Counted from the stretch's first letter, positions 9,213-18,299 are shown. The stretch is DNA of 32,000 nucleotides from Bdellovibrionales bacterium (GCA_965247685.1 OZ252021.1:930001-962000); one strand, 5' to 3'. Translations and numbers: made by a program. Notes: generated from the sequence alone by a model not told the origin.

Positions 9213-11620
9213 AAATAACTCGTTCAAAAGGTCTTCTCTCTATTTTTGGTATATTATTTATTCTAGGTTCTCTGACCATTTTTGGAATGGTGATGGGAGT
9301 TGGTCTTATGGTTCACCATAAGATCAATGTTCAAAATTCTGTAGATATTGGTGCCATGTATGCGGCTCAAAGGCAAGCTGAGACTCTCAGTGTTTTGTCT
9401 CATTTGAATTATCAGTTAAGACAAAACTACAAGCTTTTTTCATATCGATACAATGTTTTAGGAAATATAGGAGCTTATCAAAATCCAGGGGGCGCTACTG
9501 CAAACATGGATCTGATTGGTATAGTTCGACCAAGATCTGTTCCTTCTAAGAATAAAACTGTGTGTCCAAACACTCTTAGCGGATGTTCTACGGGAGCATT
9601 CGATCCTTCACCCATAACAGACTGTCATCAAGGTCACAGTCGTCAAAGTGGTTGCCCTTTCGCATTTTGTGTATGGCATCCTTATTTTGATATTCCAGGC
9701 AAAAACGGTACTGACAATGTTTGCCAGAGGGTTGATCAGCCATACGATCTTCCTCCACTAGCTGGTGGTAGTACTTACGGAGCTCGTTTTGCGAATGCAG
9801 AAGTCAGCAACAGGATAAGTAGTATAAGAGATTCCTGTAGGTATTCAGGTTACGTGAACTGGATGGTAGCTTCTACAACATATTTAAGTTTTTACGAAGA
9901 GCAGAAAAAAAGAAAGGAATTTATCAAAAAATATTTTAATGAAATTATTAGCAAAAAAAGAGAGCTTGGAGGGGCTTATATTGATGTGGGAGTGAAGAAT
10001 ACAATTACTAAGAATTTCACTTATCCTGTGTATGAGAGTTATAGGAGTAGAAATGGAATAATTTATACAAAGACCTCTAATGAGGGAAATTTTGATGAAT
10101 ATTTTGAATGGATAACAATTAACCCCCCTGATCTCGATTTGTTCTATGTTCAAGATAGAGGGAGAAACAATTCCCAAAGTGCTTGTGAAAGAGAGATCAA
10201 AACTATTTTTGAAATTTGTGAAGCTCAGACTTGTAGTTCAGGTACAAGTTGCAATCTGATTCAAAGGCATACTGATAATAGTAATAGCAATATATGTGAT
10301 GGCTTAAAGACAATCAAGAATGAACCAGTAGTGGTTGGTTTTATGAAAAAGCAAAATACACAGAATTTTTTTTACATCCAAATCTTTTTACATATTAATT
10401 ACAAGAGTGCGATATTTTTTCCTTTTAGGGAGCCTATTTCCTTGGTAGCAGAAGCTTACTCTAAGCCTTTTGGATCATCATTTGGTCCATATAAAAATGC
10501 ACTATTACCTACTATACCACCAACATCTAGATACCCTGTTTATTCGCTTAGTTTTGAGAGAGATGACGATAACTATGGTTTACTAGATGGTCAAAGACAG
10601 TATTATTTTAATAAGCTGATTCGAGAAATAATCGATCAAAATGGAGGAATAAGTCCTGGAGGAGGAACTGATGGAGCAAAAGATGCAGGCTTAAGTTTAC
10701 AAAACTATCAACAGCTCCATGGGCTCCATGATGTTAATAACAATAATTCTACCTCTGCTATGGTCTTACCTTACGAGGATGGTTCTTCTAATAATTATGT
10801 ACTGAAGAAAGATAAAATCTTTACTTTGCCTGCTCGTGTTTTAGAGGAGATAGCGATAGCTCCAGATGAGTATGATTTGAACCATTATGCGATTTTGCCT
10901 AACTATATGGTGAGTGCCTATATTCGTCTTATGGAAAGTAAAAATAATCGAGGTGATTATATATTTAACTATGTTCCAGCAGATATTGGTCATTATGCAG
11001 ATGAGGAGTTTTTAAACAAAATTAGGAATTCTCCTTCTCCCCTTTTTGCAGATGATCTGGGTCAAAAATACATGCAACATCTTCGGGCTCCTCCACCTTC
11101 TCTAAAGCCTCAAGGGTTCCTTGAAACAGGAAGTTATAAAATTCCTTTCTATCTGAACTATATTGAAAAACAAATAAACTGGGTGAATGTTATTCGTAAG
11201 GAATATTTTCAGCAGCTATCAAAAATTTTAGAGGAGGTTTATTTTAAGCTTTTTAATATCGATCACCTTCTTACTTCATGGGTTTCCAGTATGGACCCTC
11301 AAGGGCCGACACTCGATGATATATATCCACCTGCTCCAAATGTGATGGGTAATCGAGCAAAAGACTGCAAAGGTAATGATGTTCCCTTTCAATGTTGCCA
11401 TTTAAGAGATACAGAGCTTAAAACAGCTTCCTTAGTAGTCAAGCGTAGGAATGGCGTTCCTTATCTTAGATGGGATAGAAAACAGATCAACAGACATATT
11501 CTACATTTTTCTCATTGTATTGTGGGAGGAAGAACAGGTTTTTCGATTAAAATTATTGATCGAGAGTTTCCTGGAGTTCGAGACCTTTTACAAAATGAAA
11601 AAAGAAGTCACGGATTTTAA
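9209..11620 (+). CDS. Large Cys-rich envelope protein with a TadG/Tad_N-like N-terminal domain
   Basis: The N-terminus SKGLLSIFGILFILGSLTIFGMVMGVGLMVHHKINVQNSVDIGAMYAAQRQAE fits the TadG-type N-domain pattern (TM helix, then vD.g...lQ.aaDaaAlaa). 803 aa with clustered cysteines (for example CPNTLSGCSTG...CHQGH...GCPFAFCVW). No vWA MIDAS recognised. Confidence 0.6.
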   Translation: MKITRSKGLLSIFGILFILGSLTIFGMVMGVGLMVHHKINVQNSVDIGAMYAAQRQAETLSVLSHLNYQLRQNYKLFSYRYNVLGNIGAYQNPGGATANMDLIGIVRPRSVPSKNKTVCPNTLSGCSTGAFDPSPITDCHQGHSRQSGCPFAFCVWHPYFDIPGKNGTDNVCQRVDQPYDLPPLAGGSTYGARFANAEVSNRISSIRDSCRYSGYVNWMVASTTYLSFYEEQKKRKEFIKKYFNEIISKKRELGGAYIDVGVKNTITKNFTYPVYESYRSRNGIIYTKTSNEGNFDEYFEWITINPPDLDLFYVQDRGRNNSQSACEREIKTIFEICEAQTCSSGTSCNLIQRHTDNSNSNICDGLKTIKNEPVVVGFMKKQNTQNFFYIQIFLHINYKSAIFFPFREPISLVAEAYSKPFGSSFGPYKNALLPTIPPTSRYPVYSLSFERDDDNYGLLDGQRQYYFNKLIREIIDQNGGISPGGGTDGAKDAGLSLQNYQQLHGLHDVNNNNSTSAMVLPYEDGSSNNYVLKKDKIFTLPARVLEEIAIAPDEYDLNHYAILPNYMVSAYIRLMESKNNRGDYIFNYVPADIGHYADEEFLNKIRNSPSPLFADDLGQKYMQHLRAPPPSLKPQGFLETGSYKIPFYLNYIEKQINWVNVIRKEYFQQLSKILEEVYFKLFNIDHLLTSWVSSMDPQGPTLDDIYPPAPNVMGNRAKDCKGNDVPFQCCHLRDTELKTASLVVKRRNGVPYLRWDRKQINRHILHFSHCIVGGRTGFSIKIIDREFPGVRDLLQNEKRSHGF

Positions 11621-11647
11621 TGAAATGTAATTTTTACACTCTTTTTT

Positions 11648-11676
11648 TTGACATTTTTGAGCTTTTTATTCATAAT
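11648..11676 (+). promoter_or_regulatory. Near-consensus sigma70-type promoter (TTGACA-N17-CATAAT) for the first LRR paralog
   Basis: TTGACA at 11648-11653, an exact 17-nt spacer, and CATAAT at 11671-11676, 69 nt upstream of the ATG at 11745. RBS AAGGA lies 6 nt before the ATG. The promoter sits just outside the left edge of the tandem repeat (11679). Confidence 0.45.
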
Positions 11677-11678
11677 AA

Positions 11679-13306
11679 TAGTTAACTCACTTTTCAGTTA
11701 TGTTAGGCTAGGTTTAACAACCTTTTTCTAAGCAAGGATTTTAAATGAAATTTTTATCTTTACTTTTGGTTTTATTTTTTATCTCTTCTTCTTTTGCAAA
11801 GCTGTCGATTTGCCAACTGCCAATAGGGATGCAGGATTCTATTGATTGGTCTCTTAGAGAAAATGTACTTACAGAAAAAGAATATAATGAATTAATCGAA
11901 AAATATAATACTCAAGGATGTTCTGCTTTTGACCCATACCTTCATAGAGTGGACTATATTTTCTATGGTAGCTCTGAGATGAACGGTGAATCAGGAAAAA
12001 TAGCACTTAAGTTGGAAAATAAAACTCTTTTACACTTTCCTAACTTAAAGGGAGTGACTATTCGTACCGATCAATCACAGATACCAGAAACTCTTCTTCA
12101 TGGGCTTCCTCATTTAACATATGCTAGAATTGAAGGGGACAATATCGAGACTATACCGACCAAGCTTTTCGCCCAGAATCCACAGCTTCTTGAATTTAGA
12201 ATACATAGTAAAGTATTTAGAGGCATTTCCGATTCTGAGTTTTTTAAACAGATTCCTTTGGTTCAGGTGTTAGGTTTAGTACCAGCTCGGGGAGTCAATG
12301 GAAATTGGCCTGATGATCTATGTGATCATAATAAATGGCTTAATGTCTTGCTTATTGGCTATGAAGATGGCGTGAATAAGTTTCCGTCTTCTTGTTGTTA
12401 TGAAAGGCAATTCCAAATATTTGGAGAACATGGAGCGATTGGTGCTGGAGGTTTTGATGGTCTTTCTAAACTCTGCAACTCTCTCAAAACCCTTAATCGT
12501 GATCCAACCTAGTTAACTCACTTTTAAGTTATGTTAGGCTAGGTTTAACAACCTTTTTCTAAGCAAGGATTTTAAATGAAATTTTTATCTCTTCTTCTTT
12601 TGCGAAGGTATCGTTTTGCCAACTGCCAGATGAGATGGTGTTTTCCATTGAAATATCTCTTAGGGACACACTTACAGAAAAAGAATATAATGAATTAATC
12701 GAAAAATATAATACTCAAGGATGTTCTGCTATTGACCCATACCTTAATAGAGTGGACTTTATTAGATATTATAGCTCTGAGATGAATGGTGAATCAGGAA
12801 AAATAGCTTTTAAGTTGGAAAATAAAACTCTTTTACACTTTCCTAATTTAAAGGGAGTGACAATTCGCACCGATCAATCACAGATACCAGAAACTCTTTT
12901 TCATGGGCTTCCTCATTTAACATATGCTAGAATTGAAGGGGACAATATCGAGACTATACCGACGAAGCTTTTCGCCCAGAATCCACAGCTTCTTGAATTT
13001 AGAATACATAGTAAAGTATTTAGAGGCATTTCCGATTCTGAGTTTTTTAAACAGATTCCTTTGGTTCAGGTGTTAAGTTTAGCACCAGCTTGGGGAGTCA
13101 ATGGAAATTGGCCTGATGATCTATGTGATCATAATAAATGGCTTAATGCTTTGTTTATTGGCTATCAAGATGGCGTGAATAAGTTTCCGTCTTCTTGTTG
13201 TTATGAAAGACAATTCCAAATATTTAACAAACATGGAGCGATGGAGTCTGGAGGTGATGGTACTCTTTCTAAATACTGCAACTCTCTCAAAACCCTTAAT
13301 CCAACC
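11679..13306. repeat. Direct tandem duplication, unit 831 nt (copy 1: 11679-12509; copy 2: 12510-13306, 797 nt after deletions)
   Basis: Both copies start with TAGTTAACTCAC...GTTAGGCTAGGTTTAACAACCTTTTTCTAAGCAAGGATTTTAAATGAAATTTTTATCT and stay collinear through the whole LRR gene. Copy 2 differs by a 25-nt, a 3-nt and a net 6-nt deletion plus scattered substitutions. Confidence 0.95.
11745..12512 (+). CDS. Secreted Cys-containing leucine-rich-repeat (LRR)-like protein, paralog 1
   Basis: Signal peptide MKFLSLLLVLFFISSSFA. LRR-like periodicity in LLHFPNLKGVTIRTDQSQIPETLLHGLPHLTYARIEGDNIETIPTKLFAQNPQLLEFRIHS. It has its own promoter-like site and RBS. Confidence 0.7.
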   Translation: MKFLSLLLVLFFISSSFAKLSICQLPIGMQDSIDWSLRENVLTEKEYNELIEKYNTQGCSAFDPYLHRVDYIFYGSSEMNGESGKIALKLENKTLLHFPNLKGVTIRTDQSQIPETLLHGLPHLTYARIEGDNIETIPTKLFAQNPQLLEFRIHSKVFRGISDSEFFKQIPLVQVLGLVPARGVNGNWPDDLCDHNKWLNVLLIGYEDGVNKFPSSCCYERQFQIFGEHGAIGAGGFDGLSKLCNSLKTLNRDPT

Positions 13307-13309
13307 TAA
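12576..13309 (+). pseudogene. LRR-like paralog 2, frameshifted at the signal peptide (or a leaderless 224-aa product from the ATG at 12635)
   Basis: The ancestral ATG (12576) and RBS are retained. A 25-nt deletion inside the leader means this ATG now opens only a 40-codon frame ending at TAA 12696-12698. The conserved body is read in another frame (ORF 12635-13309). Confidence 0.6.
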
Positions 13310-13625
13310 GAAAGAACTTCTCGCACCTAGCTTATCAAAATCTTTTTGTCATACCGTATAATGATGATGTACCTGTCAGAGAAAAACTAAGAGCTTAAAG
13401 GTAGACGATACAAAAATAAAAAAACTCAGAACAAGGCACCACTTCTTTTGCATGACCTGACTGAAGATCATCTCTTATTTGTCAATAAAGGTGACATATA
13501 ACCCCTCTTTTTTCATAAAGCTGTTATAAAAAAAATCAAAAAAAATTAGGAGTGCAGTGGAACTTATTTTGAAGTAAGATCAAAAATAAGGTATAAACCA
13601 AATGAAGAACAGATGAGGTCAAAAT

Positions 13626-14630
13626 ATGATTTGGGAAAATTCTTTGGCTCTTTGGACTCTTGTTCCTTTTGCTGTTTTATTGGTTTATATCCTTTTTTTT
13701 CAAAAGAAGAACAAAGTTTTAATGCAGTGGAGCTCTTTGGAAAAATGGCCAACTCGTTATTTTTCTTTTCGAGTGTTTTTTGGCCCCATTCCCTTTATTT
13801 TACAACTCATTGCTGTTTTTTTAATGGTATTAGCTTTAGCACGTCCTCAAAAGACAAGCGAACTTCGTTCTCGATCTCTTGAGGGAATAGATATTATGAT
13901 GGTCGTGGATATTTCTTTCAGTATGATGGTGCCAGATATGTCTCCAGGGACTCGTTTATCAGCTTCTCAAGATGTCCTTCGTCAGTTTATCGATGGTTTA
14001 TTATCAGATCGAATGGGTTTGATTTTATTTTCAGGCGAATCGTATACGAAAGTTCCTCTCACTTTAGATTATAATTTGCTGAAAGACACCATTGATCACA
14101 TCGAAACCACCTCAGATATTCAACAAGGGACCGCAATAGGAGTAGCGTTAGCCAATGCTGTGGCTCGCCTCAGACACTCTAATGCAAAAAGTCGAGTGAT
14201 TGTGTTACTCACAGATGGAGAGAATAATGCAGGCAATATTAGTCCTCAAACAGCTATTTCACTTGCGAAAAACTATGGTATAAAAATTTATTCAATAGGT
14301 ATAGGATCTCAAAAAAGATCACGAATTCCTATTAAAACAAAAGATATCTTGGGAAGAGAAAAAATAGTTTATCAAATTATTGATAGTCAGGTGAATAAGA
14401 AATTGTTGTCAGATATTTCTCATCAAACTCAAGGAAAGTTTTATTTAGCTAAGAGTTTAACAAATTTGAAAGATATTTTTTCAGAAATTAGCTCATTAGA
14501 AAAAAGCAGCATTGAAGTCTCTTCCTTTGTTTCTCGTGTGGAAAAATTTCAAGACTATTTAAAACCAGCTTTTTGGCTACTAGTCTTATCCTTGATACTA
14601 TCCGTGACTGTATTTGGAAGGGTGATATGA
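13626..14630 (+). CDS. batA: BatA-like vWA-domain membrane protein
   Basis: Two N-terminal TM helices followed by RPQ. vWA MIDAS DISFSM and the LLTDGENN strand. C-terminal TM helix. RBS GAGGT lies 6 nt upstream of the ATG. Confidence 0.85.
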   Translation: MIWENSLALWTLVPFAVLLVYILFFQKKNKVLMQWSSLEKWPTRYFSFRVFFGPIPFILQLIAVFLMVLALARPQKTSELRSRSLEGIDIMMVVDISFSMMVPDMSPGTRLSASQDVLRQFIDGLLSDRMGLILFSGESYTKVPLTLDYNLLKDTIDHIETTSDIQQGTAIGVALANAVARLRHSNAKSRVIVLLTDGENNAGNISPQTAISLAKNYGIKIYSIGIGSQKRSRIPIKTKDILGREKIVYQIIDSQVNKKLLSDISHQTQGKFYLAKSLTNLKDIFSEISSLEKSSIEVSSFVSRVEKFQDYLKPAFWLLVLSLILSVTVFGRVI

Positions 14631-15658
14631 AAACTTTTATTTTTGCTGACCCCTCTTATTTATGGTTTTTGTTTTTGATTCCTATTCTTATAGGTCTTTT
14701 TCTTATGATGTTTTACTGGAGAAGAAAAAAGTTTTTAAAATTTGTGCACTCTGAAAGAATGGAAACTTTAGTTCCAAAGTTTTCTTTTTTAAGAAAATTG
14801 ATGCGCTATACCTTTGCTCTTCTTTCTATCATGTTTTTAATATTGGCATGGTCTCGTCCTCAAAGATTGAATCAAAAAGTTTTAAAAAAATCAAAAGGAC
14901 TTGAAATTATTTTAATGGTGGATGTGTCACAAAGTATGTTGGTGTCTGATGTTTCTCCAAATAGACTTTATGTGATGAAATCTCAGCTGAATCGTTTTGT
15001 CGAGAGTTCAAGAGGGCGTCATCGTATAGGTCTTATTGCCTTTGCAGGTTCTGCTTTTTTTATTTCTCCTCTCACTCAGGACTTAAACTTAATTCAAAAT
15101 TATTTAACCACTTTATCTGTAGATATAGTGAGCCATCAAGGAACAAACTTTAAGTCCGCTTTAACAAGAGTGGAAAAAGCTTTTCAAGGGGGATCTTTAA
15201 ATAAGGAAGAGATAGCTCGTGTTTTAATCATTGCATCCGATGGAGAAGACCATGAAGTGGGAGCATTAGAGAAAGTGCGCTTGCTCAGTGAACAAGGTAT
15301 TCATATTTTTACTTTAGGGTTTGGAACTAAGGAGGGAGGTTTAGTCCCTTTATCAACAGATGCGAGCAAAGAAAATTACCAAAAGAATGCTCAAGGTCAA
15401 GTTGTCCGATCTCAATTCAAATCTCGAATTTTAAAAGAGTTTGCAAAAATAGGAAAAGGTGTTTTTTATCATGTGACTTCTTCTTCTTCTAATGTAGTGG
15501 AACAGTTACAGCAGGACTTGGATCGTTTTCAACAAATCTCATTCAAAACGAAAAACTCCTTGCAGCATCAAGAGCTTTATATGTATTTTTTAATGGTGAG
15601 CTTGTTTTTCTTCTTTCTTTACCTAGGGATGAGTGAGACACGGAGTGTGAAAACATGA
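14627..15658 (+). CDS. batB: BatB-like vWA-domain membrane protein
   Basis: MKTFIFADPSYLWFLFLIPILIGLF... then RPQ. MIDAS DVSQSM and IASDGEDH. C-terminal TM helix. The ATG at 14627 overlaps the batA stop (ATGA), which I prefer over the upstream ATG at 14573 given in the ORF track. Confidence 0.85.
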   Translation: MKTFIFADPSYLWFLFLIPILIGLFLMMFYWRRKKFLKFVHSERMETLVPKFSFLRKLMRYTFALLSIMFLILAWSRPQRLNQKVLKKSKGLEIILMVDVSQSMLVSDVSPNRLYVMKSQLNRFVESSRGRHRIGLIAFAGSAFFISPLTQDLNLIQNYLTTLSVDIVSHQGTNFKSALTRVEKAFQGGSLNKEEIARVLIIASDGEDHEVGALEKVRLLSEQGIHIFTLGFGTKEGGLVPLSTDASKENYQKNAQGQVVRSQFKSRILKEFAKIGKGVFYHVTSSSSNVVEQLQQDLDRFQQISFKTKNSLQHQELYMYFLMVSLFFFFLYLGMSETRSVKT

Positions 15659-16371
15659 ATCGAAAGGAATGGATACTGATTTCTTTTTGCAGTGCGATTT
15701 TAGTGTTCTTAGTTGCTTTTTATTTTTATAACTTCTTTTCTTTTTCTGCAGGTCTTAGCCATTTCAAGCAGGGAAACTATAAAGAAGCAAAAAAAGAATT
15801 CTTGAATGTTTTGTCTCAAGAACCTTTTTTATATCCTGCTCGTTTGAACTTAGGTTTAATTCATTCATTGATGAAAGATTTTAAAAGTGCTCTAGGAGAG
15901 TACAAGGTGGTGTTTGAAGAGTCTTCTCGTTCAGAGGAGCGATTTCAGGCTTATTTTAACTCGGCCTATTTAAAAACTTTAAAAGGAGATCAAAAAGAAG
16001 AAGCTTTGTATGACTATCAGCAAGCTCTGAAGGAAAATCCGAATTCTATAGAGGCGAAAACAAATATTGAATTATTGATGAAGCATTCTCAAGAGTCTCA
16101 ACCCAATAAATCTCAAAAAGATCAAAAACAAAATCAGAAGCAAGATTCTCAAACTGCAAAGGATCCAGAGGATTCTTCTCAAGGCTCATCTAAAACAGAA
16201 GAACAGTCTCAAGAAGAAAATATTAATAAAAAAGATGGAAGTTTAGAATCTAGTGAAGGATTAAGTGCCGAACAAATGAAATGGATCTTAGAAGAACTTG
16301 AAAATAGAGAAAGAAAACTAAGGACAAAATTGCAAGAATCTCAAAAAGGTCGTAGAGGTAAAGCATGGTAA
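15655..16371 (+). CDS. batC: BatC-like TPR-repeat membrane-anchored protein with an acidic, Gln/Ser-rich tail
   Basis: N-terminal TM helix. TPR-like segments (GNYKEAKKEFLNVLSQEPFLYPARLNLGLIH; EEALYDYQQALKENPNSIEAKTNIELL). ATGA overlap with batB. Confidence 0.7.
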   Translation: MNRKEWILISFCSAILVFLVAFYFYNFFSFSAGLSHFKQGNYKEAKKEFLNVLSQEPFLYPARLNLGLIHSLMKDFKSALGEYKVVFEESSRSEERFQAYFNSAYLKTLKGDQKEEALYDYQQALKENPNSIEAKTNIELLMKHSQESQPNKSQKDQKQNQKQDSQTAKDPEDSSQGSSKTEEQSQEENINKKDGSLESSEGLSAEQMKWILEELENRERKLRTKLQESQKGRRGKAW

Positions 16372-18143
16372 GAGGGATAGCTTTATTTTTTCTATTCAGT
16401 ATTTCCTTTGCAAAGGCTGTTCAAGTCACAGCTCAGGTTTCTCCTCAAGAGGTGCAGCCTGAGGATTCCGTAGTCTTCACGATACGCGTTTCTTTAGAAG
16501 GGAATGAATCGGTGGAGTCTCCCCAGCTTCCAGAAGACTTAGATGTGCAGTCGCAGAGTCAGTCCGAACAGGTGACCCATTCTTTTTCATCTATTTCAGG
16601 GACTCAAAAAACGATCAATAAAAGTTTTCAATATTACCTCATCAGCCCAGCTCAAGAAGGTCTATGGACTATCGATTCCGCTTCTATTCAAGTAGGAGGC
16701 AAAATGTATAAGACTCAGCCCTTGAAGGTGACTGTTTCTAAAAATGCAAAGAGTAAACCTCAAAGTCCTTCTTTTGGTCCTTTTGATCTGTTTTCCAATA
16801 AGTACCCCCCTGTTCTTTTTCCAAACAAGAAAATTCCCTCAAAAGAGAATATGAAGTTAAAATCTTTTGCCCCCTCTCGCCCCGTTTATCTTTATGAAAG
16901 GGTTCCTGTTGAATGGTTTTTATATAAATTTGTGAATGATCCTTTCTCTCTGAATTTAACGAATCGGGAATTAGTGCAGCCTGAAAACTTTTGGACTGAA
17001 GTTTTGAGTGCTCCTCAAGATTTAAGATTTACAGAAAAGGAAAAAATTGGTCAGAAAGAATATTTAAAATCTTTAATTTTATCTTATGTTTTTTTCCCTT
17101 TAAAGACAGGGAAACTCACGATCGATCCGCTGAAAATTGAGCTTCAAGTGATTAATCGTAATTTGTTTTTTGCTTTGAATTTCGATCGATTTACCCTGCA
17201 AGATAAACCTTTGATCATGGAAGTTATTCCTTTACCCTCTAGAGGAAGAGGAGAGTTTACAGGTGCTGTAGGATCGTTCATCATCAGTGCGCAGAAAGTG
17301 AAGAAAGAAATTCAAAAAAATGATCTCTTATCTTATAAAATTCTTTTTGAAGGGGAGGGATTAGTTCAAAATATTAAATTGCCTGCTTGGCCTACATCTT
17401 CGGACTTTAAAGTTTATGATATATTGGAATCTCAAAACTTTTCGGCAAAAAAAAGTTGGAAGGAATTTGAAGTTTTACTCTCTGCGAAACGTACGGGTGT
17501 TCTTCAGATTCCAGAATTTTATTGGACAACCTTTGATCCAGAACTCAAAAGTTATGTGACTCAATATATTGAATCTCAAAAGGTAAAGGTGCGTCAGGGC
17601 TTATCGGCAAAAAAAACGGAAAAAGAAAGTTATTTGAGTCCAAGCAATGAAGCTTCTTCTTCTGTACCTCAAAAAAAATATGATATTCAACCTATAGACA
17701 CACATCTTTCTTTTTATAAGAGATATAAGAACTGGATATGGGTAAGTCTTTATATTTTTATTTTGTTGGGAATTCTTTATAAAAACAGATTTCGTAAAAC
17801 GTCTAAGAGAAATTTAAAGAAAATTTATCAAAAGGCCTATCAGCTTTGTCAGCAAGAGCAGTATCAAGATGTAGGGACTCTTCTCTTAAATTTAGTGGAT
17901 CAAATCTGGTTAGAAATTTCAGGTACAGGGGGTCGAGAATTGGAAAAGCTTTTAGAAAAATGTCCTCCAAGTATGCGACATGAGTTTGGCGTCAAGATTC
18001 AAAATTTAGTACAAAATTTAGAAAATTTAAGCTTTGCACCTCAGCATAACATAGAATATCAAAAAAAATGGAATGACCAGAAAGTGAAGGAGCAAATTCA
18101 AAACTGTGAAGAACTTGTACGGCATCTCCTTCAGCTAAGATAA
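16365..18143 (+). CDS. batD: BatD-like protein
   Basis: 592 aa. Signal peptide MVRGIALFFLFSISFAKA, a long beta-rich ectodomain, one C-terminal TM helix (WIWVSLYIFILLGILY) and a helical tail. Its position after batA-B-C matches the canonical bat order. It overlaps the batC end by 7 nt. Confidence 0.7.
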   Translation: MVRGIALFFLFSISFAKAVQVTAQVSPQEVQPEDSVVFTIRVSLEGNESVESPQLPEDLDVQSQSQSEQVTHSFSSISGTQKTINKSFQYYLISPAQEGLWTIDSASIQVGGKMYKTQPLKVTVSKNAKSKPQSPSFGPFDLFSNKYPPVLFPNKKIPSKENMKLKSFAPSRPVYLYERVPVEWFLYKFVNDPFSLNLTNRELVQPENFWTEVLSAPQDLRFTEKEKIGQKEYLKSLILSYVFFPLKTGKLTIDPLKIELQVINRNLFFALNFDRFTLQDKPLIMEVIPLPSRGRGEFTGAVGSFIISAQKVKKEIQKNDLLSYKILFEGEGLVQNIKLPAWPTSSDFKVYDILESQNFSAKKSWKEFEVLLSAKRTGVLQIPEFYWTTFDPELKSYVTQYIESQKVKVRQGLSAKKTEKESYLSPSNEASSSVPQKKYDIQPIDTHLSFYKRYKNWIWVSLYIFILLGILYKNRFRKTSKRNLKKIYQKAYQLCQQEQYQDVGTLLLNLVDQIWLEISGTGGRELEKLLEKCPPSMRHEFGVKIQNLVQNLENLSFAPQHNIEYQKKWNDQKVKEQIQNCEELVRHLLQLR

Positions 18144-18299
18144 TAGTCTAGGATGCAGTGTGACTTTTTTGATCAGTTTTTTGTATATAAAACAGTTTCA
18201 TATGGGCTATAATATCTTGGGTGTTATTTCAATTCCATGTGAGAAATATAGTTTTCTTATTTAAACTTATGTTCCAACCGATATTATAGGTGAGAGTTG

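Noticed and set aside
10274-10288. A DNSNS match to the vWA MIDAS pattern DxSxS inside the TadG-like protein.
   Set aside because: The context (HTDNSNSNICDG) lacks the hydrophobic beta-strand that precedes a true MIDAS, unlike VVDISFSM in batA and MVDVSQSM in batB. It is most likely a chance match in an Asn/Ser-rich stretch.
13332-13362. A promoter-like TTATCA ... TATAAT in the gap upstream of batA.
   Set aside because: The spacer is 19 nt, the -35 is weak, and the site lies about 260 nt from the batA start. In AT-rich DNA this match is not distinguishable from background.
13376-13471. A minus-strand 31-codon ORF in the 316-nt gap before batA that encodes a hydrophobic peptide (MIFSQVMQKKWCLVLSFFIFVSSTFKLLVFL). 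It is reminiscent of a type I toxin or small membrane peptide.
   Set aside because: There is no properly spaced RBS (AAGAG abuts the ATG), no convincing promoter, and no antisense-RNA structure that I could see. Hydrophobic short ORFs arise easily by chance in T-rich DNA. It is worth a Ribo-seq look but is not supportable from sequence alone.
14573-14626. The upstream ATG at 14573 as the batB start (ORF-track coordinates).
   Set aside because: It would overlap batA by 58 nt and add a non-conserved MATSLILDTIRDCIWKGD extension. The ATG at 14627 gives the usual ATGA coupling and a BatB-typical N-terminus (MKTFIFADPSYLWFL...).
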